33,780 nucleotides of DNA, taken from positions 1-33,780 of the IMG/VR virus record IMGVR_UViG_3300039068_000052; one strand, given 5' to 3'. Shown piece by piece: positions 1-7,564 of this stretch. The first letter of the stretch is position 1. The number at the start of each line of letters is the position of its first letter. The notes beneath the pieces were generated by a model that had not been told where the DNA came from, made no database searches, and saw nothing but the letters and a program-made list of their open reading frames with translations. Origin of the DNA: a virus. Taxonomy: Duplodnaviria > Caudoviricetes. A program made the position numbers and the translations under genes.

Positions 1-62
1 GTGGCGCACGCGCCCAGGGCCAGACACGCGAGCGCAACGCCCGCGATAAGCAAACGCTTCAT
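1..62 (-). CDS. Lipoprotein, 5' part only (runs off the window); candidate spanin or lysis lipoprotein
   Basis: Hand translation from ATG at 62: MKRLLIAGVALACLALGACA..., with an LGAC lipobox and an AAGGAG RBS upstream. Directly downstream of the endolysin. Not in the ORF track. Confidence 0.7.
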   Translation of the reverse strand, partial: MKRLLIAGVALACLALGACA

Positions 63-187
63 GGTGGATCTCCTTGTGGAGAGTGCCGAGGGACCGCCCC
101 GGCGCGGTTAGAAGCATCCGCGAGAGTTGCGGATAACCGAGAGGCCTTCGGTTGCCGCCACGGGCCATGCGCGGTGGCAAAGCCCGC

Positions 188-571
188 TCAGGCCGGGTAC
201 TTGGCCCAAGGCAGTTCCCAGTGCGGCCCGTCCTTGAATTTCCAATCACCCCCCCAGGTGATCGGGACGCCCACATCCTTCGCAGCTTCCTTCACGGCGG
301 CGGCGAGGCGGTGATAGAGCGGCCAATCCCAAGAGACCTTTCCGCCGATGACGGGCGCCAGGTCTACGGCATGGCCGGTCAGGTGGCGGCTGTTCATCGT
401 CTTGGTGGCGCCCTTCGCGAACAGCTCCTTTTGCCGCTCCGCAGTCCGCAGGCCTTCCAAGACGGTGAAGTCGATGGGCGTGATCTGGATGGCGCGCTTG
501 ACGACCTTCTGAAGGTCTGGATGCACGTGTTGAAGCCGCGCGAGCGAGGTCGCGCCGAGGACGTAGGTCAT
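188..571 (-). CDS. Endolysin, M15-family (L-Ala-D-Glu type) zinc peptidase
   Basis: EGLRTAERQ, SRHLTGHAVD (SxHxxGxAxD) and DGPHWE motifs; position in lysis cassette. Confidence 0.92.
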   Translation of the reverse strand: MTYVLGATSLARLQHVHPDLQKVVKRAIQITPIDFTVLEGLRTAERQKELFAKGATKTMNSRHLTGHAVDLAPVIGGKVSWDWPLYHRLAAAVKEAAKDVGVPITWGGDWKFKDGPHWELPWAKYPA

Positions 572-589
572 CGGGTTCCTTTCGGGAGG

Positions 590-1747
590 TCAGGCGGCGG
601 CGCGGCCGGTCGCGTGCTTGGCGCGCTTCCAGTTCAGGTATTCCGCCGCCTCTTCGAGCGAGAAGAAGGGCCGGATGTAGCGCACCGGATCATGGGCGAA
701 GGCCGGGTCGATCACCGCAGCCATGGATCGCGCCCAGTTGCCGTCCTGGAAGCCCTTCTCCTTGGCATATTTGTCGAAGTCCTTGTAGGTACCGACGCGG
801 AAGCCGTGGCAGAGGCGGCGCGGGTCGTTGTGCCAGACCGGGATGTAACCCGACGTGTGACGGTGGCCGCAGGCCATGATGTGGTCGCGGTGGCCGAACA
901 GGGTCTCACGGACCATCGCGTGAGCCGGGTTGAACTGCGAGCCGCCGGGGAAGTCGTGGCGGACGTGCATCCGCACCTGAGCGCCGGTCGGGAGATTGAG
1001 CTGAACGCGCGCGCCGGAACCCTCAAGGGCGCCGATGCTTCCGCCCAGCCGGTGGATGTAGTCGGCGACGTCGCCCTTCTCGCCGTTCCATTCGTCGTGG
1101 TTGCCCTTGATCCGAAGCAGCCAGGGGATCGAGGTCATGAGCCATTCGATCAGCTTGAGCGACTGCTTCGACGTGACCTCTTGGTTGGCGTAGAGCTTCA
1201 TGAGCCGGCCGACCCAGTTGTTGGAGTCGTCGCCGACGTCGACGGCGAAGAGGCCCGCCGTGTCGCGGCAGAGGCGAACGTCGCGCTCAAGGTCTCCCCA
1301 GGCGCATCCGGGGTCGTCAACGTGAGGGTCGCCGAAGAACGCCACCCCAACCGGGCCGTCGATATGGACATGGATGTTCCGCAGCTTGGCCGCATCTTCG
1401 ACCGCCTTGCGCTTGGCGTGGCGCGCGGTCAGGATCGCGATAAGCTCCTCGGCGTCGGGCTCGCCATCGTCAGGCAAGTCCTCGACCGTGAACTGGACCT
1501 GGGGGCGCTTCTGAACGAAAAGCCCCTCGTCGGGCTTTAGCCCGTATCGCAGCTCCGCTTGATGGATGCTGTGGCGGAAAGACTGAGACGTCACCCCCGC
1601 CCGCTTGGCCCCCTCCGAGATCGCACTAGGGCTCGCCCCAACCGCGCGCATGGGGAAGCCCTCCGAAAGGCACTCCTCGACAATCTCGATGCGCTGTTGC
1701 GCCTCTTCCCGCGACATGGGCTGGGCGCCGCCTTTTCGAAGCGTCAT
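590..1747 (-). CDS. Calcineurin-like metallophosphoesterase with N-terminal HTH-like extension
   Basis: Motifs GDPH, DVGDD, GNHD, RHD and GHRH in canonical order; ATGA overlap with the upstream gene. Confidence 0.85.
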   Translation of the reverse strand: MTLRKGGAQPMSREEAQQRIEIVEECLSEGFPMRAVGASPSAISEGAKRAGVTSQSFRHSIHQAELRYGLKPDEGLFVQKRPQVQFTVEDLPDDGEPDAEELIAILTARHAKRKAVEDAAKLRNIHVHIDGPVGVAFFGDPHVDDPGCAWGDLERDVRLCRDTAGLFAVDVGDDSNNWVGRLMKLYANQEVTSKQSLKLIEWLMTSIPWLLRIKGNHDEWNGEKGDVADYIHRLGGSIGALEGSGARVQLNLPTGAQVRMHVRHDFPGGSQFNPAHAMVRETLFGHRDHIMACGHRHTSGYIPVWHNDPRRLCHGFRVGTYKDFDKYAKEKGFQDGNWARSMAAVIDPAFAHDPVRYIRPFFSLEEAAEYLNWKRAKHATGRAAA

Positions 1748-2046
1748 GCTTTGGTCTCCGGTTCTGTCGTGGACCGCTGTCGGGCGATGTTGAAGGCCAT
1801 CGCCGCGCCGTAGATGGCCAGGCCAAGGGACACGCCCGCGACCAGCCAGTCAGGGACCTCGCCCTTGAGCATCCACCAGACGCCGGCCGGGACCATCGGC
1901 AGCAAGGCCGCGTCGATCGCGTACCGGATGAAGGCGGGCGCCTCTGGCCAGCCCCGGCCATGGTCCCCGAGAAGCCGCGCCCTGACGTGAAAGGCGAAGG
2001 CCGCGATAAGCAGCCCCGCCCCCCCGAGGAACGAGACTACCGTCAC
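1744..2046 (-). CDS. Small membrane protein with about 3 TM segments, holin or antiholin candidate
   Basis: GTG start at 2046 overlaps the upstream stop (GTGA). Hydrophobic stretches VSFLGGAGLLIAAFAFHV, AALLPMVPAGVWWML, WLVAGVSLGLAIYGAAMAF. The ORF-track start (2349) is over-extended. Confidence 0.65.
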   Translation of the reverse strand: MTVVSFLGGAGLLIAAFAFHVRARLLGDHGRGWPEAPAFIRYAIDAALLPMVPAGVWWMLKGEVPDWLVAGVSLGLAIYGAAMAFNIARQRSTTEPETKA

Positions 2047-2402
2047 GGCGCGACCTCCTCGACCTTCTTGCCCAAGATCCGCTCCAACTTGGTCAGGAGC
2101 GGCGGGCCAAGGTGGATGATCAGGACGGCCATCGTGACGGCGGCGACCGCATCGGAGACGTTCGGGTTGACCCCGACGAACTTCTCGATCACGCCGTTGA
2201 TGAACGCCGCCGCCCAGCCGGACGCGCCAATCCCGATCCCGCCGCCAAGGGCAGACGAGACGATGGCGTTGCCCAGGGCCAGCATCTTGCGCTGGCGCGT
2301 CGGCGGCGGCTCGGAGAACCACACCGCAAGGAGCCTCGGGAGGCCCCATAGCAAAACGAACCCAGCAGCCATCAGGCCACCGAGAAGGCGGGTCTTGTCC
2401 AT
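2043..2402 (-). CDS. Membrane protein with about 3 TM segments, holin candidate
   Basis: Three hydrophobic segments and a charged C-terminus (KLERILGKKVEE); GGAG RBS; first gene of the lysis cassette. Confidence 0.65.
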   Translation of the reverse strand: MDKTRLLGGLMAAGFVLLWGLPRLLAVWFSEPPPTRQRKMLALGNAIVSSALGGGIGIGASGWAAAFINGVIEKFVGVNPNVSDAVAAVTMAVLIIHLGPPLLTKLERILGKKVEEVAP

Positions 2403-2435
2403 AGGGACTCCAGATTGTCAGGAGGACGGGCGCCA

Positions 2436-2463
2436 GGGGTGTTGAGGGCTAGGTCAACACCCC
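2436..2463. terminator. Perfect 10-bp hairpin between spike gene and lysis cassette (terminator or processing site)
   Basis: GGGGTGTTGA-N8-TCAACACCCC; no clear U tract. Confidence 0.4.
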
Positions 2464-2488
2464 ATCCGTTGATGGGAGGGTGTGGGGG

Positions 2489-4339
2489 TTACGATGTCTT
2501 GGTCAGGTCGCTTTGCAGTTTCCAAACCGATGCGTCAGCAATGACCGGCCCAGCCACACCCAGCGTTCCAACAGCCGCGTTGGTATTGTAGCAGCGATTT
2601 CCCTGGGCCTTCAGAATGCCCGTGGAGCTGACATCTACCAGGACTTCGTCGCTCTTGGGGTTGAGCGTTGGCGTACCCGAAACGATCACCCAGTCATTGA
2701 CTGTGCCAAGGCGCACGTTGCCTGTAGAGCGCAGGTTTACGACCGAAGCCCCTTGCGCCCGAACCACCCCCAGGTTCACGCCGCTCAACACGCTGTTTCG
2801 AACCAAGACATCGCAACTGACTTGAGCGTTGACGCCCGTCGGGCACTCCACTCGCATCCCATCAAAGACTATCTCTGGCACATTAGTAAAGAGCGCTGTG
2901 GAAACGACCGTGACGGCATGGTCGGCCTTTATGGCGCCATCCTTCAAGACGATCAGATCGCCAACTCCTGCGGTCGAGGTGCCATACTGCGTATTAAGGC
3001 GCACGGCTCGAAGCGATGCGTTGCAAGAGATTTGCGGATTGATATGCAGCGTATCAAAAGAGCCGTCGATGCGCGCGGCCCAGATGCCCCCGCCCGAGCC
3101 GTAGTTGGCATCGGCGAGGACCATTTTAAGATGAAGCTGCTTAGCGCGGCAGAAGTTGGAGTGCCAGAATACAGAGCCGAGAGAATTGTCAGTGGCGTCG
3201 ACTGCTGTCCGCGCCTCTTGAATTTCAAGGCAAAGCCGCTCCAGTACGAGAAACGCGCCGGAAGCGTTTTGCTTGGTGTATGCCGGCGGGCGCTTTGCCC
3301 TGATGGTTATGTCATTGACTTCGACGGTGCCCATGAGAGCAGTCGCGCCTGATGCGACATCGTTGTTCTGGGTCAGGCAAACGCCAGCAAACTGGGTCTG
3401 TCCATGCACGCCGGACATCCTGATATCGTCTAGGGCGTAACCAGCGGCGTTGCCGTAAAAAACCAACGCGCCCTGCCCGCCATCCGTGCTGCCCCGGCTG
3501 AAGATATTGCCGCCACGCACCCCAACAATAGGGCCAAAGCTGGTGGCGTTGTTGAGAAACGCAGTCGCTTCCAGAGGTTGAAAGCTGAGTAGGTCGTCAC
3601 CGACAAGACCGTCAACCCCAACGATTTCACCCCGGAAGGCCGGGCCATACACCTTGACGCCATCCGAGCGGGTTTCAGGAAATAGCGCCCTGATCCGATA
3701 GTCCGCGACGGCGCTGACGCACAGTCCGTATTTGAAGGCTTTCTTGGCGACGATATCGACATCAAGATGATCGACACCAACAAGGACGACGGCGTGACTA
3801 TCGACCGACGCAGTTCCATCATTGTTGTTGGGCCAGTCGTAGTCGACCTTGGCCTTCACCACCATGTTCTGATCCGCCAGCACCATTGTAATCGTGCCAG
3901 TCGGTGAGGTTGTTGGCGTCAGCTCCAGCCGCACAACGAAGGTATCCGCTGTAGGGACATCGACGATGCGGAACACGCCAAGGTACTGTGGCTGGTTAGC
4001 GCCTCTTAGCCAGACCGCTTGCCCCTCCGCGAGACCGTGCGCCACCTTAGTGACGGTAGCCTCTCGACCGGCCGACCATGCAAGTGTGACCGCTTCGGGG
4101 TTGGCAAGATACGCTGAGTTGACCACGAGTGGCTTTACGGTCCCCGCCGCCAGCTTCAGCTCAACATCGCCAGTATCGAACGACCCGGAGATTACAAGGC
4201 TGTCGTTGATATAGGCGACGCCACTGCCGCCAAGCATCGCGGAAGCGCCAGAGTTAAGCATTGCCTGGATGCGCGTGGTATTAGCCGCCGCCGCAGCTTC
4301 ACTGCCGAGAGTGGGGTAAATGATATTGAGGGCGCTCAT
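2489..4339 (-). CDS. Spike/receptor-binding protein with probable pectin-lyase-like beta-helix (polysaccharide binding or depolymerase)
   Basis: N-terminal ANTTRIQAMLN...G.AYINDSL motif typical of beta-helix spikes; RSDGVKVYGP and GDDLLSF motifs like polygalacturonase-type DG/DD motifs; visibly more AT-rich codon usage than neighbouring genes. Confidence 0.75.
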   Translation of the reverse strand: MSALNIIYPTLGSEAAAAANTTRIQAMLNSGASAMLGGSGVAYINDSLVISGSFDTGDVELKLAAGTVKPLVVNSAYLANPEAVTLAWSAGREATVTKVAHGLAEGQAVWLRGANQPQYLGVFRIVDVPTADTFVVRLELTPTTSPTGTITMVLADQNMVVKAKVDYDWPNNNDGTASVDSHAVVLVGVDHLDVDIVAKKAFKYGLCVSAVADYRIRALFPETRSDGVKVYGPAFRGEIVGVDGLVGDDLLSFQPLEATAFLNNATSFGPIVGVRGGNIFSRGSTDGGQGALVFYGNAAGYALDDIRMSGVHGQTQFAGVCLTQNNDVASGATALMGTVEVNDITIRAKRPPAYTKQNASGAFLVLERLCLEIQEARTAVDATDNSLGSVFWHSNFCRAKQLHLKMVLADANYGSGGGIWAARIDGSFDTLHINPQISCNASLRAVRLNTQYGTSTAGVGDLIVLKDGAIKADHAVTVVSTALFTNVPEIVFDGMRVECPTGVNAQVSCDVLVRNSVLSGVNLGVVRAQGASVVNLRSTGNVRLGTVNDWVIVSGTPTLNPKSDEVLVDVSSTGILKAQGNRCYNTNAAVGTLGVAGPVIADASVWKLQSDLTKTS

Positions 4340-4485
4340 TGGACAACCGCTCCATACAAACGACCGCCCTCGAAGTCGAAGACCGGATTGCCCTCAAAGT
4401 CAGAGAGCCACGCGAAGCCAGCAGGAGCCCCACCACCCTTAGAGAGGGCGGCAAGGCCCATTCCCATGCCTAGAGAGAGGGCCAT
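4336..4485 (-). CDS. 49-aa adaptor peptide with GTA head-fibre-like N-terminus
   Basis: MALSLGMGMGLAALSKGGG...; ATG at 4485 just after the upstream stop; ATGA overlap with the 616-aa gene. Confidence 0.6.
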   Translation of the reverse strand: MALSLGMGMGLAALSKGGGAPAGFAWLSDFEGNPVFDFEGGRLYGAVVQ

Positions 4486-4487
4486 GG

Positions 4488-4811
4488 TTAGGCGTCCTTC
4501 AGGGCGAGCTTTTCGCCAACTTCGGTGGCGGCAATGTCCAGTGTGCCCCCGGCGGCTTCGGCCCAACCGGTATTAGGCCCGGCCTCCGGGTTCGGGCCGG
4601 TCTTGGCGAAGACGTTGCTGTCCAGCGGCTTAATTCGCCACATCGCGCCGTTGTCGATGTGAGCCTGGGTGATAACGATGTCCGACTGCACCGAGGAGCT
4701 GGAGGTCGTGACCGTGTCGGCAACGGCCTCAGTCGAGAGGTAGACCGGAAGCTGGGCGCCTCCGACCGTGCGGGCTTTGGAGTACGCAAGGGTGACGTGG
4801 ACGGTGCCCAT
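4488..4811 (-). CDS. Small beta-rich virion protein, candidate head-spike base
   Basis: AAGGAG RBS; 107 aa; immediately precedes the MxLxLGxGxG peptide. Confidence 0.55.
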   Translation of the reverse strand: MGTVHVTLAYSKARTVGGAQLPVYLSTEAVADTVTTSSSSVQSDIVITQAHIDNGAMWRIKPLDSNVFAKTGPNPEAGPNTGWAEAAGGTLDIAATEVGEKLALKDA

Positions 4812-4832
4812 GGGGCGGCTCCTTCAGGACAT

Positions 4833-4861
4833 GAAAAAGCCCGGGCCGTTGGGCTCCGGGC
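4833..4861 (-). terminator. Intrinsic terminator after the tail-fibre module
   Basis: Minus strand GCCCGG...CCGGGC followed by TTTTT. Confidence 0.75.
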
Positions 4862-4887
4862 GGGCGTTGGGTGGGTCGTGGGGACGG

Positions 4888-5184
4888 CTAGGCCGTGACG
4901 GTGGCGATCTGTTCTTCGCTCAAGTCCAGCGCGTCGAGGAAGGCCAGAAGGCCGTCGTCATCGGCGAACACGTTGGGCCAATCCGGCGAGAACCAGCGCC
5001 CCCAGGCGACGGCATTGGCGTCCAGGGCGGTCTTTGCCTCATCGGCCTTGCCAAGGGCCACCAGGCGCGCCCAGACGGTGCTCTTGGGGATGGTGCGGCG
5101 CGTGGCGCGGGAAGCCTCGAAAGCGGCCTCCTCTTCGGTGGTCATTTCGACCAGCTCGCCGTTAACGTAGTGCATCAGGGCCAT
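4888..5184 (-). CDS. Tail fibre assembly/chaperone-like protein
   Basis: VNGELVEMTTEEEAAF N-terminus typical of small genes following phage fibres; likely start ATG 5184. Confidence 0.6.
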   Translation of the reverse strand: MALMHYVNGELVEMTTEEEAAFEASRATRRTIPKSTVWARLVALGKADEAKTALDANAVAWGRWFSPDWPNVFADDDGLLAFLDALDLSEEQIATVTA

Positions 5185-5189
5185 GGCGA

Positions 5190-6416
5190 TCAGTCCTCGA
5201 TCCAAAGTTCGAACGTGCCGGCGTCGATCGACCCGGCCGCGAATTGCGCGCGAATGGCCGAAAGCGCCGCGCTGTTGGGGATCACCTGCACCGCGCCGGC
5301 CTGGGCCGCGCTGAACGCCCCACCGACCGCGACCCAGTTGGGCGATACGTAGTGATGCACGAGGACCTTGCCCGACACCGTCGCCGCCGCCGCAACGCTA
5401 TCGCTCGGCAGGTAAGGGCCGACATAGCTTGAGCCATCGTTGCTGAAGCTGACGCCCAGCGTCGTGTTGGAGCCGTTGTTGTGGCTGGCGCCCTTGATCT
5501 CCAGCGCCAGGTTGCGGGCGGTCTGCGGCAGGCCGGTGAAGGCCACCGAAGCGACCGGCGAGGCGACGGCTGTGGTCGACCACAGCCGCCAGTTGCCGCT
5601 CTTGATCGGCACGTAGTGATAGCTGGTCCCGTCGCTCTGAACGATCACCACGTCGCCCGGGTGGAAGCGGTACGTGACGCCAAGGCCATCGACACCGCCC
5701 GCAAGGGTCAACACAGCCGTGGTCGAATTGCGGATCACGGAATAGAAGTTGGCGCCCAGCGCAGCCGCCGAGGCGAAGGTGATAAGACCCGTTCCGCTGG
5801 TGTAGTCGATCAGCTTGCCCACATCGAACGCCGTAAGCCCGCCCGAAACCGCCCGCGCCTCATAAGGCATGGTCGGCGTCCCGGTATTGCCCACCGCCGA
5901 GTAGCCAACCGCCGTCAGGGCGTCGTCGGTGAACCCACCCGAAGATCCGGCGACGAATGACACGGTGAACTGGCGATAGCCGGTCGGCGAGGTGATGCCG
6001 GTGACGGCAAAGATCGCGTACTTGCCGCTTACGCCCTGACGGAAGAACAGATAGCTCTTGATCGTGCTGGTGCTCGAAGCGGCGCCGGCCAGCCAGCCGG
6101 TCAGGTCGTTGCCCGCGTTGTCCGAGAGGTCGATTGCGATGCTCGTCACAAATGCGAGCGTCGGGTTGTTGAACAGGATCTTTCCGGCGCCAGGGTCGGC
6201 GATGGTCGTCGGGTTGTCGAACGTCATCAGCACCGGCGCGGCGACCGAGGCGGCCTCCAGGGCGTTGGCGTATGCGTTCTGCGCCAGGGCGTCCATTTCG
6301 TCGCCGAACGTCTCCTGGGCCGCCGCAAAGGCTTCGGCGCGGACGGCGAAGTTGGGACGGTCGGATTGGCTCGGAGCGGTCGGAAGTGGCGTGTGCGGGG
6401 TCGGTGCGGTGGCCAT
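5190..6416 (-). CDS. Tail fibre / tail tip protein
   Basis: N-terminal PLPTAPSQSDRPNFAVRAEAF anchor; Gly/Ser/Thr-rich beta modules; ends GSIDAGTFELW. Confidence 0.75.
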   Translation of the reverse strand: MATAPTPHTPLPTAPSQSDRPNFAVRAEAFAAAQETFGDEMDALAQNAYANALEAASVAAPVLMTFDNPTTIADPGAGKILFNNPTLAFVTSIAIDLSDNAGNDLTGWLAGAASSTSTIKSYLFFRQGVSGKYAIFAVTGITSPTGYRQFTVSFVAGSSGGFTDDALTAVGYSAVGNTGTPTMPYEARAVSGGLTAFDVGKLIDYTSGTGLITFASAAALGANFYSVIRNSTTAVLTLAGGVDGLGVTYRFHPGDVVIVQSDGTSYHYVPIKSGNWRLWSTTAVASPVASVAFTGLPQTARNLALEIKGASHNNGSNTTLGVSFSNDGSSYVGPYLPSDSVAAAATVSGKVLVHHYVSPNWVAVGGAFSAAQAGAVQVIPNSAALSAIRAQFAAGSIDAGTFELWIED

Positions 6417-7564
6417 TACATGCCCTCAATGGTTCCCGAGACGATCAAGTTCTCGGGATGGGTCAGGTTGACTTTCAGGTCGGTGTAGATGCCGAAGACC
6501 GTCACGGCGGGGTAATAGCCGTCTTCGTCATCCTCGATGCCCTCCCAGAAGGCGGGGACGGCGTTCAGGTCTTCGATGACGTTGAGAATTGCCTGGGTCT
6601 GGGCCTTCTCGGCCGACGCCGTGAAAGACGCGCGCGGCACGGATCGCTTGCGGACCAACGTCAGGTTTCCGTCTTCGTCTCGCGTGACCTTGGAGTAATT
6701 CACAGCGCCCCGCTCGGGGTTGTACTGCGTCTTTCCGATCTCGACGGCGCGGCCCATGACGATCCGGCCGGTGTTGATGGCCGAAGTGCTGGTCAGGGTG
6801 ATTTCGTAGGTGGCCGACGTGTAGCCAGGCAGGCCGAAAAAGCCGTTGATGTCGCGATAGCGGAACTCGCCGAAGTACCAGTCATCCCAGTTGTTCACGA
6901 CGCGGTTCAAAAGGTCCGAGGTCAGGGTCTGGACCGTGACGCCGCCAACCTTGATCAGCACCTCGATCGCTTCGGCCTCAATCCCCGCGAACCCGATGAA
7001 ATCCACCCGATCGGCAGGGACAATGGTCATGGTCAGGGGCGATGTCCCGACCGATCCGAGGTTCCGGTCGAGGTCGAAGGCGGCGAACTTGTTGGTCGGC
7101 CCGATGTCCAGCCAGCGCGTGCCGTCGTCGGTCGCCGGGTCGTAGTTGATGTTCAGGAGGGAGGAGCCGGTGTGGACGCCGGTTGGCGTGCCCGTCAGGT
7201 CGATCGCCACACCGCCGTTGGTCGCGGAGACCTTGAAGGAGTTGGCCGCGATGTCCCGAACGAAGTAGGTCGTGCCCGCCGTGATCCCGCTGGGCAAGCC
7301 GCCCGTGGTCGAGAACTTGACCCGCTGCCACTGGATGAGGCCGTGAGCGGTCCAGTTGACCACATCGGTGGCGGTGTCGAACGTCACCGTCGCCACCGCG
7401 CCCATCAGGTTCTGATACTTCCGGTGGGAAGTGGTCGAGATCACCTCATCGTCTAGGGCGTAGGCGGCCGAATTGGACCAGGCGGTTTCGCCGCTCCCCG
7501 GTTCAGAGAGCGACGAGGCCGTGACCATCGCCGCCGTGATCGTCATGGGCTTGCCGACGCGCAT
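6416..7564 (-). CDS. Distal tail / tail tip protein with inserted small beta domain
   Basis: Directly follows the tape measure gene with 1-nt overlap. Insert AHGL...VKFSTTGGLPSGITAGTTYFV resembles the FCCH-like domain common in phage virion proteins. Confidence 0.7.
   Translation of the reverse strand: MRVGKPMTITAAMVTASSLSEPGSGETAWSNSAAYALDDEVISTTSHRKYQNLMGAVATVTFDTATDVVNWTAHGLIQWQRVKFSTTGGLPSGITAGTTYFVRDIAANSFKVSATNGGVAIDLTGTPTGVHTGSSLLNINYDPATDDGTRWLDIGPTNKFAAFDLDRNLGSVGTSPLTMTIVPADRVDFIGFAGIEAEAIEVLIKVGGVTVQTLTSDLLNRVVNNWDDWYFGEFRYRDINGFFGLPGYTSATYEITLTSTSAINTGRIVMGRAVEIGKTQYNPERGAVNYSKVTRDEDGNLTLVRKRSVPRASFTASAEKAQTQAILNVIEDLNAVPAFWEGIEDDEDGYYPAVTVFGIYTDLKVNLTHPENLIVSGTIEGM

Noticed and set aside
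152-1540. 462-aa + strand ORF
   Set aside because: Antisense shadow of the endolysin and phosphoesterase genes; typical of high-GC DNA, no motifs
2400-2620. Possible diversity-generating retroelement target (spike C-terminus followed by a hairpin)
   Set aside because: No template repeat or reverse transcriptase in the window; no duplicated segment differing at adenines was seen
4330-4345. Frameshift fusion of the 49-aa peptide to the 616-aa spike
   Set aside because: Junction is a plain ATGA overlap with a GGAG RBS upstream and no slippery heptamer
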